The notes: generated by a model from the letters alone, not told the origin. Shown: positions 24,991 to 34,942, counted from the first letter of the stretch. The stretch is 39,905 bases of DNA from Thelocarpon superellum (GCA_026025795.1 JAPEUG010000127.1:1-39905), one strand, 5' to 3'. Numbers and translations: made by a program.

Positions 24991-25350
24991 GGCAGCGAAC
25001 ATTCCCCGCTGGCGTCAGTTAGAGAGGCTTCTCTCCTTGTTGGAGCGAAGCAGTCACACTAAGTCTGCCATGCCGCCTATGTCATCCATATACCAGCCCC
25101 TCGCTTCTACCGCGGTCCGTGAATGCTCGAGGAGCGATGGTGCTATGCTCGCTCGTGCGTGATGTACCTTGGATAAAATCCTGAGAAAGGTCGGGATTCG
25201 AGCTTGCACGTACAGCGCACTCTCACACCGAGCGATCGGCCACCAGTTACATCTTCCCTGCGTAATCTACAGGAGACAGCACAGGTGAAGAAGCAACGGC
25301 GGTATACAAGATGCAATTTACGTTAGCCGTCTAGCTAGAACCCACCCCCC

Positions 25351-26147
25351 TCATCTCATGCCCTTCAAGAAGTTCGCTTCTTTGATAGAAGCGCGTCTCT
25401 TCTGGCGTAACCGACTCGTGATATCCTCTCTAGCTACTGTAGCCGCCAAGGCACCCTCGAGGTTGCCCGTCTCGTTGGCAGGCAGATCCACGCTTTGTTC
25501 CTCCGGAGGGATCTTGGGCAGCAACAACTCCGGATGCAGCGACGCGGCTTTACGCTGACGCTTCGCCGCCAGCCGGCGTTGTTTCTTGGATTTCGCTACG
25601 CGGGCAGCACGTCAGCACGCTTCATTGCAAGGTATACCTTTTTTGGATGCAACATTTGCGCGACGGACAAACGTCACTCACAAAATAAGTCTCCCTCGCC
25701 CGCGCCAGAGCCATCCGCCGCCACCAGACCTCCTTTGGCGTCCGCACTGCCTTCTGGCTCAAGGCATCGCCACAGCCAAGCGGGGTAGGCGCTCTCCTCT
25801 TCCGCGACCGGATCCGGCTTGTTCTTCAGGTATGACAGGCCTTTCAATGGGACACCGGCCGGGACGGAGCTAATCGGGAGGGGCGGTGCGTGGCTCTTGG
25901 AAACTTTGTGGATTTGCGGAGGGTCTGGAGAAGGTGTCAGAGGGGTCGAGAAGGGCTGGGCGGCACTGGTCGACGTCGCGGCTGGAGGCGGTGCGTCTGC
26001 CGCCGTAGAGGCCTTTCGTATCCTGGTGTTTCCAAGTCGAACGTTGTGGTTGTGGATGGTCGTGCTGGACAGTGGAAAGCGGCGGGGGATGAGGAGTGTG
26101 GGACCCGGCTGTAGGGTCTGCCGTTGCAGGCAGCGTTGGCAGATCAT
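25351..26147 (-). CDS. MRPL37: Mitochondrial large-subunit ribosomal protein mL54 (MRPL37 family); exons 26147-25682, 25595-25351
   Basis: Presequence-like start MICQRCLQR. Family motif SSVPAGVPLKGLSYLKNKPDPVA..YPAWLW. C-terminal RQKRRASIKEANFLKGMR after intron 25681-25596 (GTGAGT..GCTGAC..TAG). Confidence 0.9.
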
Positions 26148-26559
26148 GATATACGCGGATGGGGTGAGCCGTTTACACTTCGTCTTAGTGAGGCTCGTCA
26201 GCGATGCAGAAATGTTGTTGGTCCGTGATGTTGCGGCTGGAGCTAATGCCGCCGCCCGTAGACCGCGCCAGTCCCTTCGACTCAGAGACAGCACCAACAA
26301 TACGATGATTGAGTTGAAGGCATGGTTTGCACCCTTAGGATGTAGCTGCGAACATTTGCCCTTGTAGATCCATAACTTGCAAGGGATAACACCCGCGATG
26401 ACAGATTCTCTATCAATCAACAGGAAGCCTTGCAGACTCTCGCGCTTGTATGTCACCTGGAAATCTCAGTCGAGAAGCCCATATTATGGCCCCCTTCATG
26501 ACCCAGCCCTTCACGACACAACGCCATTGCAACCGGCCACCATCCGGCCCCGTCCATCA

Positions 26560-27834
26560 TCATACGCTGACGCTCGAAGCTCCACTGGTACTCCATCGAA
26601 ATTTGCGCAAGCCCCGAAACGCTTCCCTTCCGCAGTCTCCCCCATCGGTCGTGTTGGTGAAGCCGACTTCGGCCAAACCCGCTTCGCGGCCCATGGCGTA
26701 GCCGGCCGAGAAGCCGATGGCCGACACGATGACCACCACACCGGCTGAGACGACCCAGGTCAGTAACGTGGGTGAAATTGTATCTTCCACGCCCCGCCGT
26801 GTTTTCTTCGTCGCTCGTTCCTTGCCGCTCTTACCAGGATACGAGCCGGACTTCCGCTTTCCTTTCTCCAACACCAGATCGCTCGACGATGACGACGAGG
26901 ACGGCTTCCGAGCGCATGCTTCCTCTATCAGGCCCCGATCGTCTCCATCGTTGGCCCCGTCGACAACCGACTCGGGCACGATCCGGAAGGCGCTTGGTCG
27001 GCTACTGGAGGGGACGGATCGCGCCGCTGCGCCGGCAGCTGGCGTCGCCTTAGAGAGCCCTCGTGCTGCGGCAGCGCACGATAGCAGGGTCGAGAGACTG
27101 GCTCGCAGTGCGGCATCATGGTCGGCTTGGTATGATGGCGAGATGAAATTGTAGGGCGTGTGCTGTGGCGTGCGCCGGCTGGGATATGAATTTCGATGGG
27201 GGCGGCCAGAACCATTCTGCCGTGGGAAATATGAGCCAGGTACAGCTTCCGCGTTGGGCTGGGACGATGGTGGATGGGAGAAGGCGTTGGGCTGGGGGGT
27301 GAAGACGGTGTTGGTGCGGGTGCCTAAGGCGGTGGTGTTCTCGTCATTATCGTCTTCGTCGAACGTGGACTCATAGGTAGCCGGCAAGGGCGGGCTGACG
27401 CCCAGATGTGACGACTGCGGGAGGGCGGGTTCGTCCTCGTCGCTCTCGCTGTCCTCATATTCTTCTTGGCTACTCCCGGCGCTCGACGAGTTCGCTAGGA
27501 GGCTCGGCTGCGACGGCCCTCGTAGTTCCAGGCGACGGCTCCGTCGAATATTGGAGTGCCGTCGGACGCGTAGACCCGTGGTTACGATCTCGTCTGCGGC
27601 CGCAGACGAGGAAAGCGATGAAGAAGACGGCTGCGAAGCGATTTCCACCCACGATTCTGCCCGGCCCTGGTTAGCTCGCAGAAGCACGAGGAACGGCGTC
27701 ATCCACCACTTACCATCGGATCGCGGTCGCGCACTATCGCTCACAGACCGTCCGATGCCTTGGACAGGTTGAGCCTGTCGCTGTGCCGATTCACTCGGCA
27801 TCAGCTCGGCCGGTCGCGGACTCGAATGCTGCAT
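26560..27834 (-). CDS. Uncharacterised tail-anchored membrane protein with N-terminal SWVEI motif; exons 27834-27714, 27656-26560
   Basis: Long ORF with a 57-nt intron 27713-27657 (GTAAGT..GCTAAC..CAG). Disordered Ser-rich body, helix DHDAALRASLSTLLSCAAAARGL, and a C-terminal hydrophobic segment LLTWVVSAGVVVIVSAIGFSAGYAMG flanked by basic residues. Confidence 0.85.
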   Translation of the reverse strand: MQHSSPRPAELMPSESAQRQAQPVQGIGRSVSDSARPRSDGKWWMTPFLVLLRANQGRAESWVEIASQPSSSSLSSSAAADEIVTTGLRVRRHSNIRRSRRLELRGPSQPSLLANSSSAGSSQEEYEDSESDEDEPALPQSSHLGVSPPLPATYESTFDEDDNDENTTALGTRTNTVFTPQPNAFSHPPSSQPNAEAVPGSYFPRQNGSGRPHRNSYPSRRTPQHTPYNFISPSYQADHDAALRASLSTLLSCAAAARGLSKATPAAGAAARSVPSSSRPSAFRIVPESVVDGANDGDDRGLIEEACARKPSSSSSSSDLVLEKGKRKSGSYPGKSGKERATKKTRRGVEDTISPTLLTWVVSAGVVVIVSAIGFSAGYAMGREAGLAEVGFTNTTDGGDCGREAFRGLRKFRWSTSGASSVSV

Positions 27835-29113
27835 GCCGTCGACCGGGCGAGCGTGGATCGATCGCTCGACCGAGCCCACGTTGCGATAGGGTCAGCGGTG
27901 CTCGAAGTCTCCGAGGATGGCGTGTTGCGTGGGGAGAGGTTCGAACGCGATCTCGATGACGTCGGCGGAAGCGGGGGGTCGTGGTTGGGAATGTCGTGGC
28001 ACCAGGCCGCGGTGAGAGGGTGGGCGATGAGGTCCCGGAGCGGGTCGATGCCGATACAACTGGCCAGGCGATAATCAGACGGACGACGTAGATGCGATGA
28101 ATGAGTCTCGGATGCAATCCGGCGCAGAGGCAACCGCGAGACGTGCAATAGACGTGGACGTGGATGGTGTCAGATGGTCACCGGTCACGTTCCTTGACCG
28201 GTTGCGCGTCTGAACGAGGGGCGCGATCGACAGAGGGGGAGAGGCACCGAAGCGGGCGAACGAAAGCCGCGGTGAAACGCTAGCCGGGCACGGGCGCACC
28301 GACACAGGGAGCACTGCTGCACGTATCGATAAGGATGAACGAGGGACCCAACCAGGATGTCGATTGATCCAGGTCGCCCGCGCAGAAAATGGGATATCTC
28401 AAGGATGAAGCTGAGACTGCTCGTCCAGGTGGAGACGGGCGTCAGGGTCGTCGTGACCACTTGACCGATCAGAAGGTGGGTGAAGGCACCGGGCCTAGCC
28501 ACGTGGGAAGCAACGCAAGTACTCGTACTTCAACAGTACTCGGTCCTGGAGGGGCACGAGTAGACTGGGCGACCGTGGGCGACGTCTCCAGGTGCAGGCG
28601 CCCCAGCGCGAATGCACCGCTACCCGTACCAGGACGGCGCCTGCAGTGGGCCAGACACCGTCTTGGCTCGGGCGACGCAATGTGCAGGTTGATTGGCAGG
28701 CTGCTTTGTCCGTACAGATGTATATGTAGCTACTGAACCTTCCGCCCAGCATCATTGGCCGCCATGCCCCACACCCACCATGACCGCGGCTGAGCTGCAT
28801 TGGCAGCCTCTCATTCGTTGACGGTGATGTCAGAGAACAGTACCATTACTCGGAGTGGAAGCAAAAGGTCGACGGACATGCGTGCTCCATTACTACACTA
28901 CCCTCTCAACAGGCCCCAGTGACGAGGTCAGAGAGGACTTTGGACAGAGACACAGCAGAGAGAGGGCCGCAAAGATTACTTTTTCTTTGGAAACCAGCAG
29001 GGGTGAGACAGGAGGCATGGGAAGTGAAGTAGTGGGGGAACAGGCAGGACGAATTTTCCAACGCGCGCGGTCTGGAAGCCATCATACACCACCGCCGGCG
29101 ACGAGAGATTGCA

Positions 29114-30878
29114 TCACTCAAACGTCTTCTTCTGACCCTTGAAGTCACCGAAACCGCCACGGTTCGTGCTGCTCCCACGCGAGCCGCCACGGCCTCCACG
29201 GCCACTACGATCACCGAAGCCGCCTCGACCGCCACGATCCCCGAAGCCACCGCGGCCGCGGCCACCGAATCCACCACGGCCGCCACGGTCTCCAAAGCCT
29301 CCACGGCCGCCACGACCGCGAGGAGATCCGTCGTTGGGCTGCCGCGGGGTAGAGAAGTCTAGGCGGATGGGACGACCACAGATGGCGGCACCTTTCATGC
29401 CCTCGAGCGCCGTCTTGGCTTCCTCGACGCTGGCGAACTGCACGTACCCGAAACCCTTGGGATTGCCCGATTCCCTGCGCATCGGGTCAGCCTAGATCTT
29501 CGCGAGCCCAGGTGCAGCAGGCAACTCACATATCGGTGGGCAGCCGGACGTGCGTCACCGTCCCGTGCTTGCCGAACTCCTCGCCGATGAGATCCTCGTT
29601 GGCCTCGAACGAGATATTGCCGATGAACAAGGTATCACTCTCCGCACTGGGCGTGTCACCGTAGCTCTGCGACCGGAAGTTGGATTTTTCGCGAAAGTTC
29701 CCACCCTGCGCACCGTCGGTGGTTCGAGGTGTCGAGAAGTCAACGTTGGCCTCGCGGTTGTCGATGAGAGAGCCCTTCTTGGCTTCCAGGGCCTTGGCGG
29801 CGTCGTCGGCGTTGACAAATTCCACGTAGCCAAATCTACTCCGTGTAAGCATGCGATGCAGGGGCAAGATGGGGACGTAGTGGTCTGTCACCCACCCCTT
29901 CGATCGACCGGTGTTCCGGTCACTGATGATGCGCGTGCCCTTGAGCTCGCCAAATTCCTCGAATTCGCGCGCGAGCCACTCCTCATCCACGTTCCAGCTC
30001 AGGTTGCCCACGAATAGATTGCCCGTGGGTGCGGACGTGCCGTTCGTGGCGCCGCTGGCGTCGGTCTTTGACTTCTTGGTAGCGGCGACGGCGCTGTCGT
30101 CGGCCTTGCGCTTCTTGGGCGCCACATCGGCCTTCGTGTCGTCGTCGCTGCTGTCGTCTTCTGAATCATCTTCGGAGTCGTCCTCGGACTCATCGTCTTC
30201 ATCGTCGTCTTCCGAATCCTCATCATCATCCTCGGAGTCGTCCTCATCCGACGGAGTCTACGAGAGCTGATCAGTCGCTAGCTTCACCGATGACAGAAAA
30301 GGTATGCCTACCTCAGTCTTGGTCACTTTCTTGGACACTCCATTGGTCGCAGCTGCCTTTTGGGCCGGCTTCGAGCTCTCTTCACTCGAGTCGCTATCGT
30401 CGGAGCCGGATTCCGAGTCGGACGCAGCAGCCTTGGCCTTGATCGCGGTGGGTGCGTCATCCTCATCCTCATCCTCATCCTCGTCATCATCACCAGACGA
30501 GTCAGAGGAGTCCGAGGTTTCGGCCTCCTTCTTGGCCTTGCTAGCGCCATTGACTGCGGGGGTGATAGGCTTGTCCATGTCGACGTCGGAACCGCTGTCG
30601 CTCGCGCTGGCACTCTCGTCAGAGTCGCTCGCATCTTCGTCATCGTCGCCACTGCTCTCCGGCTCTGGCGTCGGCTCCTTCTTGGCCTTGGAGGACTTGG
30701 ATCCCTTGACCTTGCTGGCGATCTGCTTGGCCAGATCTTTGCTCTTGGATTTGGGCGTCTGCGACGGCTTGGTGACGCTGCCAGTCATGACCGCCTTGAG
30801 CGCCTTGGCTTTCGCACGCTGCGCCTCCATGGCCTCTTTCATTCCGTTCGACTTGCTGCTCTCTTTGGTCTTTCCCAT
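29114..30878 (-). CDS. NSR1: Nucleolin-like protein Nsr1/Gar2; exons 30878-30312, 30257-29896, 29835-29530, 29474-29114
   Basis: Lys-rich and acidic/Ser-rich N-terminus, NLS PKKRKA, two RRMs (LFVGNL..KGFGYVEF; LFIGNI..KGFGYVQF), RGG/GAR tail. Introns 30311-30258, 29895-29836 and 29529-29475 all have GT..AG ends. Confidence 0.95.
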
Positions 30879-30914
30879 TGCAACGACACCGATGCCGATG
30901 ATGGCGATAATCTA

Positions 30915-31340
30915 CTACAGGCGTCAGTACCAGGGGGTTGCCGTTCAGGTTGGTACCGGTAGCCAAAGGTGCAATGTGCCCACGGAGCTCGGAAGTTGAA
31001 CGAACTCTCGGAAATATTCTCGGTGATGCCCACAGTCCACACGATGATGTGCAACGATCCCACAAGTGACGAGCCGCACGGAAGATGGTGAGATCTTCGA
31101 CGGCGTCACGAAGAGTGCGGCGAAATCCCTCAAAGCCCACAAGAGAATGGAGGAAGGTGCCGAAACACAATCACTCGTCAACCCACACGAGACGTCCCAC
31201 GATGATTGCCCACAGAGCCCACTGGTGCTGCCGCCGCCCGGTGCGAGGTGCGAGATGGCAGATTGTCTGACCCACGTCGTATCACACTCTCTCTGATGTC
31301 AAGCCCACTGTCTTGCCGCGATGGAGCCTTCAGATCTCAC
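30915..31340 (-). other. Predicted long 5'-UTR intron of NSR1 (426 nt)
   Basis: Minus-strand branch point and acceptor TACTGACGCCTGTAG|TAG (tandem NAGNAG) lie about 35 nt before the ATG. The best donor is GTGAGA at 31340; this assignment is tentative. Confidence 0.55.
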
Positions 31341-31447
31341 TAGAGTGGCCTCAGATCGAATCAACGAGGTCTGAAAAGGATGCACGAACAAATGCGCGAT
31401 GGTGAAGAGTGTTATGGAGCAGCTTGGGTTTTCGCCCGAGAGCGTTT

Positions 31448-31458
31448 GTAAATTTTCC
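31448..31458 (-). promoter_or_regulatory. RRPE-like element (GGAAAATTTAC) upstream of NSR1
   Basis: Resembles the GAAAWWTT rRNA-processing element typical of ribosome-biogenesis promoters. It lies just upstream of the pyrimidine-rich putative first exon. Confidence 0.35.
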
Positions 31459-31841
31459 CAGGCCCGATTATCTCTGGGAAGCGGGATGGCGGGACCCGGA
31501 CGGCCCTGCAGTGCGTTCGGTTAGCAAGTGGGCCACTCACCGCCCAACAGTCTGCCCGCTCTCTCCTCACCGCTCAGGAGGCGCTAACCGAATTGGCCGT
31601 AGCGCGCTGGATGCACCAGTCGGCAGTTCAGACCAGTCATGCAGGAGCGAACTGGAAGACTAGACGCGATGAATGCTGATGAATACTGAGTTCGGATAGC
31701 TGTCGATCTTTCACGCCAGCCGGTCCAAAGCTACGGATACCGTCCTCAATCCCTTTGTGCTGATCTGTCGTCAACACGACTTGGCTAGTGAGCTGCGTGA
31801 GACTATGACACCGTCACAGTAAAGATGCAGCAGTCGCAAGC

Positions 31842-33745
31842 ATGGCATCCACCTCCACATTCCACAAGCCTCGAACCGGGACCAAACGTTCCAGGTCCCC
31901 TACAGCCCCGGTGACAGCATCTGCATCGGGCTCTCTGAAGCCGGGCTTCGCTTTGCTCGCCTTCCTGTGGCCGACGAGAACGATCACATCGCAATGGGTG
32001 GTCCTTCCGGCCATTCTCATGATTGTGGCCCTATTTCGGTGGGCGACGGCACTCTGGCCATACTCTGGTACCGGGACCTTCTCCCTCTTCATCGTTCTTG
32101 GATTGGCGCTGACGGCGACCTACGCTCCCAGGCTACCAGTCACCCCCCATGCACGGGGATTTTGAAGCGCAGCGACACTGGATGGAGATCACCACCCAAG
32201 TGCCCATGACCGAATGGTACTTTCATGACCTTGATTGGTGGGGCCTAGACTACCCTCCTCTTACCGCTTACCACAGCTGGGTACTCGGGTTGATGTACGT
32301 GACATGTCCCAGCCAACGATGAAGGTCGCCCGCGTAATTGACGCTGGGTCCGGTGCAGTGGCTCCTTCATTGATTCCACCTGGTTTGCGCTGTACACCTC
32401 TCGAGGCTTGGACGACCCGTCGCTAAAGATCTACATGCGTGCCACCGTGCTGCTCTCGGAATACCTCGTCTATGTGCCTGCCGCGGTGCTGTTCGTGCGA
32501 GGTGCCGTTCGATCGCAGGGCTTGCGGACATGGGAGGGCAATGCGGCGCTAACAGCGCTGCTGATGCAGCCGGCGCTCATGCTGGTCGACCATGGTCATT
32601 TTCAATACAACGCCGTCATGCTCGGATTCGTGCTGGCCACGGTGGTTTCCCTTCAAGCACAGCGATGGCGTTGGGCCTGCGTCTTCTTTGTGGCCGCACT
32701 GGGCTTCAAGCAGATGGCTCTGTACTACGCGCCCGCCGTCTTTGCCGCACTCCTCGCGGCATGCTTGACGCCGCAGATCCGACCTGGTCGATTTCTTAGC
32801 ATCGCCCTGGTGACTGCGATCTCGTTTGCCGCGCTCTTCGCCCCGCTACTTGTCGCCGCACTGTGGAACGGGCCAGTGGCAGGCCCGAACGAGCAGGTGG
32901 ACTCCGTCGTCCTCCCCATCGTCTCCTCGGTTCCACTCATCTCGGCTCTCTCGGCCCAAAAAACGGCGTGGTATTTTCCCCCGTTGCAACAGCTGGCCCA
33001 GTCAATTCACCGCATCTTTCCGTTTGCACGGGGCATCTTCGAGGACAAGGTGGCCAACGTTTGGTGCACGCTCAATATCTTCATCAAGCTGCGCCAGTTT
33101 CCTCCAGCCCTCCTGCAGCGCGCCTCGTTGCTCTCGACGCTTGCCGCTATCACCCCCCCGTGTGTCTTGATCTTATTCCGACCGCGACACGGCACGCTCC
33201 TCTACTCCTTAGCCGGCACGGCGTGGGGCTTCTTCCTTTTCAGCTTCCAGGTACACGAGAAGTCCGTCCTGCTCCCTCTGCTGCCCATGACGCTGCTCCT
33301 CGCGCATCGCGGTGGCTTTTCCCCCGCGATTCGCGCGTGGGTCGGATGGGCCAACGTCTTGGGCGTCTGGACAATGTATCCGCTGCTGAAGCGGGACCAG
33401 CTTCAGGTGCCTTACGTCGTTCACACGCTGCTCTGGGCATACCTTCTCGGTCTTCCCGCCGGTAGCGGCAGCCAAGAGCCGAAAGGAGGGGTCACCCTCG
33501 GCACGCGAATGCTGCATCTGAGCTTCTACGCCCTCATGATCCTGTGGCACATTGCCGAAGCATTCCTGCCGCCACCGGACGGCAAACCAGATCTCTGGGT
33601 GGTTCTAAACGCTGGACTTGGCGCGGCTGGGTTCGGGATCTGTTATATGTGGTGCCTCTGGCAGAGTCTGCGTGTGAGTGGACTCTTCCCCGCTCGCTTT
33701 GCGGGCCAGGGCTCGGCGGATACGGCGAAGGCCAAGCGAATCTAG
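31842..33745 (+). CDS. ALG6: Dol-P-Glc:Man9GlcNAc2-PP-Dol alpha-1,3-glucosyltransferase Alg6; exons 31842-32067, 32132-32294, 32359-33745
   Basis: Spliced motifs [71 protein letters not shown]; multiple TM segments. Introns 32068-32131 and 32295-32358. Confidence 0.95.
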
Positions 33746-34552
33746 CTCTCCTTCTGTGCTGCTCCCAGACTCGAATCAGCGCCGCGCAACAGCGCCGCGT
33801 TGCGATGGATGGAGGTAGAAGTAGAGCGGGCCTGTATTGATCTGTTGTACACTAATGTCGATGTTTTGGCTCTTCATCGTCGCGCCAATGAAGGAGGTCA
33901 GTCGATCTAGGAAGGACCAAATGACACGCTTAAACGCCACCGTGGATGCCGGATGTCCGGGTCCAAACAGATCCTTGGTCTACCGTTCCACGAGCCTTGG
34001 GTTATGCAGGGAGAGTAAATCCATACCCCGCCATGCATGACCGATACTTCTGGATGGTGGACTTGCAGCTTTCCTGCGCGTCACCGGTCGAGAACAACAT
34101 GCATTCATCGCGGGCGGCCTTTTCGTCCTTGCACACGCAACACGGCTGCGGACTTGGTCAGCGTCAGTCGTTGTAACCGACGTCACTAGGTAGACTCCGT
34201 ACCTTAACTTTAGCTGAGGCTTGACCGGTTGGCTTGAGTTCCTGGCTCAGGTTGGTGGCAGTGGCGGGAGCAGGCCCTAGGCAGGTGGATTAGGAAGGAG
34301 ATGTTTGGACTTGAGAGAAACTTACCCGCGATGCCGGAGGCTGCGCCTTGTGCTGACATGCCGGAGATATATGGCAATCGGAGCGGATGGATAGCTTTCG
34401 TTTCAGTTTGGTTGGCTGGATAATTGCAGTCAAGCGGTCCAGAGGGTGTTGTATTTGGGCTGAACAATGTCGATCCTCGTAGCCCTCGAGTAATGGACTA
34501 CGAGCTCGATCGCTTACATGACGTATCGTCACGTGCAGCGCTGGTGAGAAGC

Positions 34553-34666
34553 GTAGTACCAGTACTACTGGTAGTACTACTATAGTGTAGTGGTATCAGT
34601 GCCCGCGCTTAATAGTACTACTAGTAGTATGTTAGTAATAGTAGTAACATAGTAGTAGTAACAAGT
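34553..34666. repeat. AT-rich TAG/TAC low-complexity patch containing short palindromes
   Basis: Repeated TAGTA/TACTA; palindromes at 34557-34573, 34571-34580 and 34616-34629. Confidence 0.7.
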
Positions 34667-34722
34667 GAGGAATCAGAGCTGCATTGCTAATCTACGCGTA
34701 GTCGGGATAGTGATAGGAGTGA

Positions 34723-34742
34723 GCACGTGACAGATCACGTGC
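34723..34742. promoter_or_regulatory. Paired inverted E-boxes GCACGTGA-CAGA-TCACGTGC upstream of RNA1
   Basis: Two TCACGTG sites 4 nt apart, about 200 nt before the ATG. A third site, GTCACGTG, is at 34528-34535. These match bHLH (Cbf1-type) sites. Confidence 0.5.
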
Positions 34743-34942
34743 GCGCTCCTACACAAGTACTATTTGTTAGTCGTAGCGGGAATCATGACTTTGTTGTCCC
34801 ATCACCGACGGACACATCCCCCTCCACCCCACATCAAAACACCGCGGTAGAAAAAAGCGCATAAGGCTTGCTCGATTCCTGGCTCACGGAACCTATCTCC
34901 TTTCCACGATTTGTTTCTCCTGCACCCTTTGCATGCTGCATC

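Noticed and set aside
26148..26456. N-terminal extension of the mL54 ORF shown in the ORF track
   Set aside because: It begins at a non-ATG codon, and the presequence-like MICQRC start at 26147 fits the family better.
12583..29895. Apparent excess of in-frame stop-free introns (3 of 15 coding introns)
   Set aside because: About one third of introns are expected to be 3n, and short GC-rich introns are often stop-free, so the count itself is not unusual. The individual cases are reported separately.
30915..31340. Intron-hosted snoRNA in the NSR1 leader
   Set aside because: No RTGATGA box C on the sense strand, and the spacing between the candidate H and ACA boxes is too short for a second hairpin. 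It still merits an Rfam scan.
31317..31671. Three CGCGATG copies as PAC-like elements
   Set aside because: None matches GCGATGAG fully, and two probably fall inside the NSR1 transcript.
31677..31763. Possible box C/D snoRNA (TGATGA..CTGA) upstream of ALG6
   Set aside because: No terminal stem and no rRNA-complementary guide that I could recognise; more likely ALG6 leader sequence.
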